A DNA stretch of 32,000 bases from Candidatus Saccharimonadota bacterium (GCF_047555085.1 NZ_CP180230.1:960001-992000), one strand, 5' to 3'. Positions 16,101 through 24,646 are shown, counted from the first letter of the stretch. Made by a program: numbers and translations. Notes: generated by a model not told the origin, from the sequence alone.

Positions 16101-19100
16101 CTGTTAGAGAAGTTGATCTAATCTATGATAGGCCTGAAGGCTGGCAGGGAACTTACAGTAGCTCTGTTGGGAATCTTTCCCCAGGAGAGTATGGCTCTGT
16201 GAATCCTGTTTTTGATATCGAGGCCGGTGCAGAGCTTGGCGTTAAGAATATCAGTATTTCGACTTCAACACAGGAAGACATCCAGGACACCGATAATGTC
16301 TCTGTAGAGGTCTGGACCCGTTCGGAGTCAGAGTATGTCAATCTTGATTATAATTCTTTGAACTCTATCAACAGGAATCTGGAGCTATACAGCATCTATG
16401 CAAACGTTACTGACACTGTAAACGGCGAACCGCTTGAAAACATCGATGTGCAGCTGATAAGTCAGGACGAGAGTATAGACCTCACCGAGACCTCTAATTC
16501 GACGGGCGGCGTAAACTTCACTCTTGATCTGTCTCAGCTGAGCACCGGAGAGTACGGAGTATCGATGCGTACATTTACCAACGAACAGGAGTTCGTTGAG
16601 ACATCTGAGACAGTCAGCTCCAACCTTGTTGACATAGCGATCCAGGGAGTGATGCAGAAAGGAACGCAGAACAGTATAGACCCTGTATACAGAAGCAATG
16701 ACTCAGTACAGCCTACAACAGGGATCTCAGGCATCATAGAAGACAGCACCGGCAACCCTCTTGAAGGCGCCACCGTAACAGGAGAGATAAATGGAGAAGG
16801 CCTCGGAGAAAAACAGACTGACAGCAACGGATACTACGGCTTCTCTTACAATCCTCCGGATAATATTCAGCCAGGAAATTATGCTGCAGAACTTGAGGCC
16901 TCCAAGACAGACTTCAAAACCTTTAATTTCAACAGGACTGTGGAAGTACGTGGCGCTCTTAACCTGAACAATAATCTGGAGAAAAATGTCCTAGGGAGAG
17001 GCCTCTCACACAACGTAGTTGCCAGTGTAACTAACGAGTACGGTGAAAATGTTCCCGGAAATGTTTCATGGTTCCTGAACTCCACAAAGGTGGGATCCGG
17101 GAAGAATACGGAGATCGACATACCTGAAAGCTTTGACAGAGGATTCTATACTCTGGAGGCATCTACGGACAGGGATTTCTTCGATGATGACTCAGATTCT
17201 GTAGACGTGAACGTGTACGGACAGGCCTCTGTAGAGATGACTCCTGAAGACTTCACAATAAGATCAGGGAACACAGTCACCTTTGAGGCCTCTGTAACGG
17301 ACGATAACAGTTCACAGAGCATATCTGATTATCCTGTAACTTTTGAAGTGAATGGACAGACATATGAGAGAACTACGAACAATTCAGGGATTGCAACATT
17401 TGATTGGACGAGTACAACAGGAGAATACGATGTAGAGGCCTCGATAAATGATAATGCTTCTCTGAACTACAATGCCACTGATTCGAACGACGTGACAGAG
17501 GTTTTCGTCGGCGATAAACTTTACCTGGATACTTTCAGGTTTTCTGAAAACGTGATCAATCGGTTCCCTGAGACTCCAGACCAGACCAGAATAAGACTGA
17601 ATCTTACACGCACCTCCAATACTATAGAAAGAGTGCCTGTAAGCAATGAAGAAGTCTCGTTCACAGTGAACGGATCTGAGACAGTGTCATGTACAACAGG
17701 TGAGGATGGAACATGCGGCGGATCACTTTGGTACAATCCTACAGATGCAGTTACTCCAGGGAATCTTACAGTACAGGCCTCTACAGATAGATCGAACTGG
17801 ATCGACGTCAGTGATTCAAGGAAGCTTGCGGTCAGAGGCCTGATGATTACATCGCTTGAATCGCCGGCTGATGGAACAAATCTTGCGCGTGGAGACTCAG
17901 TCCAGCTTGAAGCAGTTACAGATACTTTCAGTGGAGGGATTGTTGAAAGAGATATGACATGGACTCTTGACGGCACAGAGATTGCCAGCGGATACACCAC
18001 GTCCTGGGACATACCTGTAACACAGGACACCGGCGTTAAAACACTTACAGCTACTGGAGACGGCGAATTCTTCGATTCCAGCAGCGACAGCATCGATATC
18101 ACTATTCTTGGACAGGCCTCAGTAAATCTCCTGGAGCCGGACAACAGTAGTACTATAGGATACAGTCAGAACAGAAACGTCCGATGTGAAGTTGTAAGCG
18201 GACTGGACAGCCGCATACAGGGCTATCCTGTGGAATTTGTCGAGAACAGTTCAGGAGTCATGGAGACGTTCGCACAGTCAGTTACAGAGAACACCGGATC
18301 AGGCCTTGTAGCTGAGGCCTCATGGAGTCCTCCAGAAAAGATAACGAGTGTCGAGATGGGCTGTAGGATTGATACCAACGAGACGCTTGGATATCTGAAG
18401 GATCAAGGCCTTTCCACAAGAATCTATGAGACAGAAGACGATAGTCCGCCAGAGATAAGCAATCTTCAGGTTCCTGATCGTGTTGATCCCGGAGAAGTCG
18501 CTGATATAGAGTTCAATGCTTCGGATGAGATCGGTATCGACAGGATTGATGTTCAGGTACTTGATCCTGTGTTCAACGAGCTTGGAAGCGATGATATAAA
18601 CATAGTTAATACAACGGGTACGGGCTACCGTGTAGAGGTGCAGACACAGAGTTCTACTCAGGGAACTTATCGTGTGGATCTTGAGATATTTGATCCTTCA
18701 GGTAACTCCAAAGAGTTGCGGAGGACTTTCGACGCCCAGCCTGGAGGAAATCTGAATATAGATAACAAAAACATAGATGCAGGAGAGATAACATTCACCG
18801 AAGGCCTTACCGAAGAAGTAGGTGTAAGCTTCCAGAAAGAGGAGAACGATGGAGCAAATCTGAAGATAAATGTAAGCTCCAGTGTACTAGATTTCAATAC
18901 TTCTGAGTATGTCTGTGGCGATATCAATCCTGGAAATTACTGTAACAGAACATTTGAGGTAACTGTTCCTCCAGGCACCAGTCCTACCGGAAGCTCTCCT
19001 ATCTATGCATCTTTCAGAGCAGTCTGGGATAAAACTGATGGAACAGATGAGACAGCGAGTATTGGAGATTTCACAGAAGTTAACGTCGCAAGGAATCCGC

Positions 19101-22100
19101 AGTTCAGCGAGGAAACAGGAGAAAAAATAATTACAGGCCTCAGTGACAGCAGTACCGCAATAAATACCAGCGACATAAACAATGCATTCAGAGCAAATTC
19201 CTCCGGGAACGTGCCGGTACAGGACTACGAAGTGATCTATCACGAAGAAAATCTGCCGGAAGAATGGCTGACGGTATACAACGGTGAGAGATCATCAATA
19301 GATCCCGGCCAGGTTGTAGATACGGATGTAGGAATAAACATCACAGACGGTACAGGTCCCGGAAACTACACAGGCCTCTTCGAGTTCCGCAGCTCAAATT
19401 ACGGTAATATTACACGTGTTATAGCGATAAATCTGGATGCGAGGCCTGAATTTGAGGCTCCGGAAAAGATTTCAGCGTCGGCAGTTAGAGGTTCTTCGGG
19501 AAGTCTTGGAAGCCTGAAGTTGAATTCTACAGGAAACGTTGATCTATCACTGGAGGCGGCTGCTACCAACAATGCAGGAGTTAACAGCACGTGTGCGAAA
19601 AATATCGGGCCTGCTACGACACCAGTAACTCTGGAGAAACAGAGCAGTAAAGTCATAGATATCCAGTATAACTTTTCAGACGTTACTCTGAACTCGAATT
19701 CCTGTACACCGAAGATAGAGTTCACACCAGAAAAACCGGAGTATGATACAAGCCAGATAACAGAGTTCAGCATAAGTCTGCTTGACTTCACTCTTGATGC
19801 CTCTGCAGACGAAGTCTCTGCTATGCCAGGAGATGAAGCAGGCCTGAACTTTACAGCAAATATTGGAGATAGTCCGAGAACAACAAATCTCGATTACACT
19901 GTTTTCGTTGGCGGGAAAGAGGCCTCTATAACTGACAGCTCGATTACAGGGGATGGCTTCAGTCTGAATTATACTGTTCCTGATGTTGAGGATGCCAGGA
20001 GCCATGATGTCAGGCTGGAGGTCTACGACGAGGAGAACGGAGTTTCCCAGTCCCAGGTTTTCCGGGATTATGTCTCTGTTCCTGATGTGACTCCTCCGGA
20101 TTTCGGAGAAGTAGATATAGACGGCGTTAATCCTGGAGAGGATCAGGATATCCGTGTTCCTGTAATAGACAACAGTATCGACGGCGTACAGAGCATCTCC
20201 ATGACTTTGAATGGCGAAAACTTTTCAGAAAGTTACAGTCTCGTGGAGGACGGTCCTGAATGGATCACAACAGTAGAGAATATCTCTGAAGGAATTTATA
20301 CCGCCAACTTCACGGCCGTAGATCCTTCAGGCCTTGAATCGACAGCCAGTGATCGTTTCAGAGTATCCGAGAGCGCAAGCTTTAACGGAAGCTTCACAAG
20401 TTCCGCCGGCGATGTGAACAGTGATGCGACTATTACTCTTAGCGATAGCAGCACCGGCAGGACAGTGTCCAGTAAAGTCGGTGAAGACGGCAGCTACAGC
20501 CTGGATATCAAGACAGGTACCTATGACCTCAACGTGGCTTTCGAGGGCCAGAAGATAACAATGAACAATACGTTGATCAACAGTTCGAACATGTCTTTCA
20601 GGGCAGAGAAACTTTCAGAGGCCCAGACTTCAGGCCTTACTCCTTCATCGCAGACTTCCAGCAGGATTACAGGTATAGGAGTCGATACCAGCTTGGAGCC
20701 GGAGTCAAGTGAGATAACATTCAATTATTCAGGCCTTGATCTTCCTGATGGATACCAGATATCAGAGCTGAAAGTCGCAAGATGTGGAGAGTACGATTAC
20801 AGTAATCTTCGATGTAACACTGACAGCTTTGAAGTGCTAGATCTTGAGCCTCTTGATGTGAACAAGGCCCGTGAAACGATAACAGTTGATACAGACGGAT
20901 TCTCCTCATACACACTTTTCGCTCCTTCCGAAGACACAGGACAGGATCAGAACAACAATCAGGAGCAGGATAGCGGCGGGGGAGGCGGAGGCGGCGGAAG
21001 CTTCCCTGAAGATGCTCTCAACGATATAAATGACTCTGTTTCAGAGACTAAGGAGAAAGTCGAGAATCTTTCAGGCCGGCTGAACGATACTACCGAGACA
21101 CCAGGAGCAGAGCTCGGAAGCAGTTCGATAAATGCGGAGTTGAGGCCTGGAGAATCGATGACTGTTTCTCTTTCCGTTGCCAATACGGCAAATGATTCAC
21201 AGACTTTCATCTTTGATACCAATGATGTTGTCAGAGATTACATTGATGTAACGGATAGTGTAACTCTTGCTCCAGGAGAATCCCGTGATGTAATACTGAA
21301 TATTTCATCCCCTGCTGATGAACTGGCAGGCAGCTACTCGGGAACCCTGAGTGTTGAAAGCGATGAGATTAATACAGAGATACCTGTAAACGTCCAGATT
21401 CTGCCTCCGCAGAACAAATTGCTGGATATGTCTCTTGACCCAGTATTCAGTACAGTGAGGCCTGGAGAGGCCTTGCAGATAGAGACAACTTTCAGTAATC
21501 AGGGATACGCCCGGAATGTTGATGTTACTGCTAAGATTGATGTGATTGATCCTGATACGAACGCCAGTATAGCCAGTATTTCGGAGACTGTGGCCGTTGG
21601 AACTACATTGAACCGTGTGTTCGAAATCGATATTCCACGGGATACAGAGCTGAAAAGCTATGCGATCAGAGGATCTGCACGTTACACCAATCTTGATGTT
21701 GCACGAGTTGCTACAGCAGCTTCTTCGATAGAGATCGATATGCCTTTCTGGAGTCGTACTTTCTTCGGATTCACCTACCAGAATATAGGCCTTGGATTCC
21801 TCTTGCTCTTGCTTGTCTCCAGTACAGGCCTCGGACTGTATCATTACAAGAGAAAGAAGGAGCTTCAGAAGAAGCGTTACATGGAGAATATTGATCTTGA
21901 TACCATACCTACCGGTGGAAACAATCAGGCCTACCTAGGGCAGCTTGCTGAGGTCGGTACCAGGACCTTCCTGAACCTTGATGATCTTACTACGCACGCT
22001 CTGATAGCAGGTGCAACCGGTTCAGGGAAGACCGTTACCGGACAGGTAATGGTGGAGGAGGCCTTGGAGAACGGAGCAAATGTTATTGTCCTGGATCCTA

Positions 22101-22954
22101 CGGCTCAGTGGACAGGATATCTGCGTGAGAACCAGGATGAGAACATGTTCGAGCTGTACGACAAGTTCGGTCTCAGCCGTTCCGATGCAAGAGGATTCGA
22201 TGGAAACATCAGAGCTGTAGAACCGGGGGAAGAGATCGATATCACACCTTACCTGGAGCAGGATGAGGACGGACAGATCATAGTCTTCTCCCTGCACAAG
22301 CTTGACTCAAAGAATATCGACGAGTTCGCAAACAAGACTATCCAGCAGATTTTCGATGCCAACCTGCCTGAGAGAAACGGCCTTGAGACAGTAATCGTAT
22401 ACGACGAGGTACACCGACTTCTGGAGAAGTTCGGTGGAAACGGCGAAGGAATCAAACAGCTTGAAAGAGGAGCCAGAGAGTTCCGTAAATGGGGAGTCGG
22501 AATGGTCCTATTGAGCCAGGTAATCTCCGACTTCTCCGGAGAGATCCGTGCAAACATCGGTACGACAGTACAGATGCGTACACAGTACGACGACGATCTT
22601 GAAAGAATAAAGAACAAGTTCGGCATCGATACAGTCAAATCCATTGCAAAGGCTGAAGTCGGAAGCGGAATGCTTCAGAGCTCGGACTACAACCATGGAA
22701 GGCCTTACTTCATCGATTTCAGGCCTCTGCTCCACAGCCCACACAGATTGAGTGACGAGGAGCTGGACAAGTACGAACAGTACAACAAACGTATCGACAG
22801 CATCGAGGAGAAAGTCAACGAGCTGGAGGATCAGGGAGAGGAAGTATACGAGTACCGCAGCGAGCTCAAGTTGACGAAGAGAAACTTGAAGAAGGGAAGT
22901 TTCTCACTTGTCGATACCTACATCGATGAGCTGGAAGAAAAGCTTGATATGTAA
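13034..22954 (+). CDS. giant (3306 aa) surface protein fused through one TM helix to a cytoplasmic FtsK/HerA-superfamily ATPase
   Basis: An uninterrupted 9.9-kb ORF with consistent acidic, S/T/N-rich composition. It has a signal peptide and many Ig-like, CARDB-like and CarboxypepD_reg-like repeats. A single TM helix is followed by KRKKELQKKR, then Walker A AGATGSGKT, Walker B VIVYDEVH and GAREFRKWGVGMVLLSQ. The start is GTG 13034 or ATG 13046. Confidence 0.92.
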   Translation: MGKRMKNKKLGAFLIGLFVTSLMVFTGTSASLQASDICDAESGDTCTISSSYALNGDTLNYSGTVNFESGASLTGGGDIYADEFTGLNNLDLENGDTGNFYLCERTGGVTCRPESDSGVSLDTSYELDSSRFLFRQINDNWSSGYVNWTDDLSRTSDLNSSFSDMEVNYTVSGLTENLDFKIFQEGSQLTTQDSGINFSHIINRSFTDGTSSGLTTGNSLRLKASSTSVADIASNHNGDETSSPNNYPFRNRFSPTNTAYINGVWLASGYETDMSYNITNIDTGRKVVSGTHFHSGGFPTTDQISYDFQLSEFETVKLNSSDTYEVAWSADDSQGYYGGSIPYTDSGIEWTYSNREAQDGNAWNVGVNIIDGYQSSGAYTSQPLDAGEKIDWNSSYVDISEPESTSINTSFAENTSNSGTWTYYDSIKNVPDSRYIKYKIEMSTEDSSITPVVDSIDISFNPNGQDGVIEVSQNITGENKFEVLETTPPSYTSQTQGKNIVGAQNYNTLSSTIQDSGSGLRKAVLATNETGSMENKTSYTQNFNGEFSEQTASFDWKNSSFQGDFAEIEWQIWFSDIAGNWQKTSVKQFKVDGIPPEISNLDYQNTVDVDEGSTQITFDVTESETDLNSVIIRENSTGGLENTTLTSPYSYTLSTNTPSEVDFTVFAEDTKENVEQSSGTVSFQNISITKSLNASVVNSSEAFEISGSAVLRPYGTALTSDLDLWADIEGWTNLGSISPVDGAFSRVETIKKPGTHEIKLNTTQNGIYGVSEGSIDVLLDINTVSTVFDSTGNSHVDIDTSNKNLNLSANISRPVDGSVQTVIANVSMPDGTYREFELGTNEGHTWYREIDTDQEFGSLQGEYSVTFSAETTEGLGSNLPAKSFYIENITVDSELSDSVVSIGEDSEISGNVILRPYGERLDGGSVEASKGSFSSDFPVNGTGYYSGSVFFDEPGNKTVNLQYVDENGIKGVNSTEISVLNLSARITDVSTDNGNLKVFRDSDSEPDVSFTDNVSADTENPMPVREVDLIYDRPEGWQGTYSSSVGNLSPGEYGSVNPVFDIEAGAELGVKNISISTSTQEDIQDTDNVSVEVWTRSESEYVNLDYNSLNSINRNLELYSIYANVTDTVNGEPLENIDVQLISQDESIDLTETSNSTGGVNFTLDLSQLSTGEYGVSMRTFTNEQEFVETSETVSSNLVDIAIQGVMQKGTQNSIDPVYRSNDSVQPTTGISGIIEDSTGNPLEGATVTGEINGEGLGEKQTDSNGYYGFSYNPPDNIQPGNYAAELEASKTDFKTFNFNRTVEVRGALNLNNNLEKNVLGRGLSHNVVASVTNEYGENVPGNVSWFLNSTKVGSGKNTEIDIPESFDRGFYTLEASTDRDFFDDDSDSVDVNVYGQASVEMTPEDFTIRSGNTVTFEASVTDDNSSQSISDYPVTFEVNGQTYERTTNNSGIATFDWTSTTGEYDVEASINDNASLNYNATDSNDVTEVFVGDKLYLDTFRFSENVINRFPETPDQTRIRLNLTRTSNTIERVPVSNEEVSFTVNGSETVSCTTGEDGTCGGSLWYNPTDAVTPGNLTVQASTDRSNWIDVSDSRKLAVRGLMITSLESPADGTNLARGDSVQLEAVTDTFSGGIVERDMTWTLDGTEIASGYTTSWDIPVTQDTGVKTLTATGDGEFFDSSSDSIDITILGQASVNLLEPDNSSTIGYSQNRNVRCEVVSGLDSRIQGYPVEFVENSSGVMETFAQSVTENTGSGLVAEASWSPPEKITSVEMGCRIDTNETLGYLKDQGLSTRIYETEDDSPPEISNLQVPDRVDPGEVADIEFNASDEIGIDRIDVQVLDPVFNELGSDDINIVNTTGTGYRVEVQTQSSTQGTYRVDLEIFDPSGNSKELRRTFDAQPGGNLNIDNKNIDAGEITFTEGLTEEVGVSFQKEENDGANLKINVSSSVLDFNTSEYVCGDINPGNYCNRTFEVTVPPGTSPTGSSPIYASFRAVWDKTDGTDETASIGDFTEVNVARNPQFSEETGEKIITGLSDSSTAINTSDINNAFRANSSGNVPVQDYEVIYHEENLPEEWLTVYNGERSSIDPGQVVDTDVGINITDGTGPGNYTGLFEFRSSNYGNITRVIAINLDARPEFEAPEKISASAVRGSSGSLGSLKLNSTGNVDLSLEAAATNNAGVNSTCAKNIGPATTPVTLEKQSSKVIDIQYNFSDVTLNSNSCTPKIEFTPEKPEYDTSQITEFSISLLDFTLDASADEVSAMPGDEAGLNFTANIGDSPRTTNLDYTVFVGGKEASITDSSITGDGFSLNYTVPDVEDARSHDVRLEVYDEENGVSQSQVFRDYVSVPDVTPPDFGEVDIDGVNPGEDQDIRVPVIDNSIDGVQSISMTLNGENFSESYSLVEDGPEWITTVENISEGIYTANFTAVDPSGLESTASDRFRVSESASFNGSFTSSAGDVNSDATITLSDSSTGRTVSSKVGEDGSYSLDIKTGTYDLNVAFEGQKITMNNTLINSSNMSFRAEKLSEAQTSGLTPSSQTSSRITGIGVDTSLEPESSEITFNYSGLDLPDGYQISELKVARCGEYDYSNLRCNTDSFEVLDLEPLDVNKARETITVDTDGFSSYTLFAPSEDTGQDQNNNQEQDSGGGGGGGGSFPEDALNDINDSVSETKEKVENLSGRLNDTTETPGAELGSSSINAELRPGESMTVSLSVANTANDSQTFIFDTNDVVRDYIDVTDSVTLAPGESRDVILNISSPADELAGSYSGTLSVESDEINTEIPVNVQILPPQNKLLDMSLDPVFSTVRPGEALQIETTFSNQGYARNVDVTAKIDVIDPDTNASIASISETVAVGTTLNRVFEIDIPRDTELKSYAIRGSARYTNLDVARVATAASSIEIDMPFWSRTFFGFTYQNIGLGFLLLLLVSSTGLGLYHYKRKKELQKKRYMENIDLDTIPTGGNNQAYLGQLAEVGTRTFLNLDDLTTHALIAGATGSGKTVTGQVMVEEALENGANVIVLDPTAQWTGYLRENQDENMFELYDKFGLSRSDARGFDGNIRAVEPGEEIDITPYLEQDEDGQIIVFSLHKLDSKNIDEFANKTIQQIFDANLPERNGLETVIVYDEVHRLLEKFGGNGEGIKQLERGAREFRKWGVGMVLLSQVISDFSGEIRANIGTTVQMRTQYDDDLERIKNKFGIDTVKSIAKAEVGSGMLQSSDYNHGRPYFIDFRPLLHSPHRLSDEELDKYEQYNKRIDSIEEKVNELEDQGEEVYEYRSELKLTKRNLKKGSFSLVDTYIDELEEKLDM
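20975..20998 (+). other. Gly8 hinge or linker in the giant protein
   Basis: Eight consecutive GGN codons (QDS-GGGGGGGG-SFPED) are preceded by the low-complexity QDQNNNQEQD. Confidence 0.8.
21785..21841 (+). other. single transmembrane helix of the giant protein
   Basis: IGLGFLLLLLVSSTGLGLY is followed by HYKRKKELQKKR. By the positive-inside rule the C-terminal domain is cytoplasmic. Confidence 0.8.
21880..22740 (+). other. FtsK/HerA-superfamily (DUF87/HerA-like) P-loop ATPase domain
   Basis: HALIAGATGSGKTVTGQ...NVIVLDPTAQWTGY (Walker A at 22010-22033), ETVIVYDEVHRLL (Walker B at 22391-22414) and GAREFRKWGVGMVLLSQVISDF (22469-22519) resemble the HerA/DUF87 arrangement. Confidence 0.75.
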
Positions 22955-22974
22955 GGAAGAATAACAGTTTTTCT

Positions 22975-24114
22975 ATGGGAGTACTGGGCCTATTTTCAAA
23001 CAGCAGTAACGAAGAAACAGTTTCTGATGCAGTATCTGAGGCCCAGGATCAGGTAGAGGACCTGGACGACGGAAAAGAGGAATGGGATCCCAACGAGAAC
23101 GAGCAGGAGGAAGACCTGAAAGGAGACTCCGAACTTGTCGCAGAGCTGCAAAAGGCAAAAGCCCAGATCGAAGGGATCAAACAACAGCAGGAAAGACTTT
23201 CTTCCAAAAATGATCACCTTGAGGAAAACATCGGAGGAATCCGTGAAAACATCAAGGAGATACAGAGTCAGGCCCAGGAATCCATCTCGAAGGCGGAAAA
23301 GGCCTCGGACATGGTGGAGGAACTGGAGCCCGAAGAAATCGAGAAAAAACTCTCAAAGCAACACTCCGAACACGAAGAGCTTCGAAGCAAGATAGAGGAG
23401 GAACGAGAGAAAAGAAGTGAACTAAGAAATCAGATCAGAGAGTTACGTGGAAAGATCGATGAGATCGGCTCGATTGAAAGCCTCAAGGAGATGAAAGACG
23501 ACGTCGAGTCGAAACTTGAAACAATAAGCAAACTCGAGGACAAGACCGAAGTACAGGAAAACAAAGTAGAGGATATCTTCCAGGAACTCCAGTCAAAGGC
23601 CTCAAAGATAGAGAAAATGGAGGACAAACAGGGAGAACTGGATAACAGATTCACAGATGTAAGGAAACGTTTCGATGATCTCCAGATCAAGTATGAAGGC
23701 CTTCCCTCGGAGGACGATTTCAACGATACTGTCGAGGAACTGGAAGATGAGATAGACGAGATAAATGAAGTTGTCGCAGCAGTAGAAAATGCATTCGATG
23801 AGATCGAAAAGTTACAGGAAAAGTCTATAGTCACAGAAGATGATCTGGATGAAAAGGCAGATCTCAATACTGTCAAAAACATCGAGGAGAATCTTCAGAA
23901 CGATATAGAAAACTCGAGGCCTGAAGTCTCACACAGTGACATTGAGGACATACAACAGGAGCTGAATCAAGTTCAGAACAGAATCAATCAACTGGAACAG
24001 TCAGACACCCAGGATACCCATGGGGAAGTGACCCGGAAAGAGTTCGATAAACTGCGCGAAGACGTAACCTATCTATCAGAAGCAGTTGTCAAACTCACAA
24101 AGAACAACAATTAA
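22975..24114 (+). CDS. acidic coiled-coil protein, 379 aa
   Basis: The ATG lies 20 nt after the giant gene's stop. The protein is almost entirely E/K/Q/L/I-rich heptad-like sequence (e.g. ELRSKIEEEREKRSELRNQIRELRGKIDEIG). I see no enzymatic motif. Confidence 0.8.
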   Translation: MGVLGLFSNSSNEETVSDAVSEAQDQVEDLDDGKEEWDPNENEQEEDLKGDSELVAELQKAKAQIEGIKQQQERLSSKNDHLEENIGGIRENIKEIQSQAQESISKAEKASDMVEELEPEEIEKKLSKQHSEHEELRSKIEEEREKRSELRNQIRELRGKIDEIGSIESLKEMKDDVESKLETISKLEDKTEVQENKVEDIFQELQSKASKIEKMEDKQGELDNRFTDVRKRFDDLQIKYEGLPSEDDFNDTVEELEDEIDEINEVVAAVENAFDEIEKLQEKSIVTEDDLDEKADLNTVKNIEENLQNDIENSRPEVSHSDIEDIQQELNQVQNRINQLEQSDTQDTHGEVTRKEFDKLREDVTYLSEAVVKLTKNNN

Positions 24115-24321
24115 TTTCTACAGCATCTCGCACAAAGAACCATTTTTCTCCACCCAACTACATACTACTCACATAGCTTCTCATGAGCACTCCACAGACA
24201 CCAGACTGTGCAAAAAAATCGAACACTACATACATCAAGAGAGTTCACAAAAATCAAACATACCTTTCTTTTTAAAATATACCGACACCACTAAACAAGA
24301 ATAAAAATTACGGCACCCTAC

Positions 24322-24335
24322 GTCATGAGTGTTCA
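24322..24335 (+). repeat. 14-bp direct repeat GTCATGAGTGTTCA, copy 1
   Basis: A perfect copy lies 343 bp away at 24665-24678. Both are preceded by CTA-N. Confidence 0.7.
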
Positions 24336-24554
24336 AGTAGAACAAACACCCACAGAAATTAGAGAGGGCTTCTAGAGGACATTTACAGGCATCTCAGATT
24401 CAACGAGTCAATAGTTCCTGGAAAAAGAGAAGATAAAGGAAAAACAGGCCTGTGCACAGAGCCTGTATGCTGACAAAATCGAGACACAAAGGCCTTAACA
24501 AACCTTCTTTAATGAGAATCGGATCTTCTTGCCTGGAAAGAAACTATCAAAATT

Positions 24555-24568
24555 ATACCTTCTTTATT
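24555..24568 (+). repeat. ATACCTTCTTTATT promoter-like motif, copy 1
   Basis: It repeats perfectly at 24647-24660. Related copies lie at 24501-24513 (AACCTTCTTTAAT), 24260-24278 (ATACCTTTCTTTTTAAAAT) and 2247-2257 on the minus strand, upstream of CDS 1751..2230. Confidence 0.6.
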
Positions 24569-24646
24569 GTATGGCAGATCTGTCTGGCATACCCTTGCCC
24601 AAGCGTCAAGAATATATCAAGAAACACGCACTCCGCAGAAGATAAC

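Noticed and set aside
21880-22740. Link between the AGGCCT excess and the FtsK/HerA-like ATPase, by analogy with FtsK KOPS guidance or an uptake signal recognised by this machine.
   Set aside because: AGGCCT is palindromic and cannot encode strand polarity as KOPS do, and nothing in the sequence connects the two. I keep it only as a speculative idea, not a finding.
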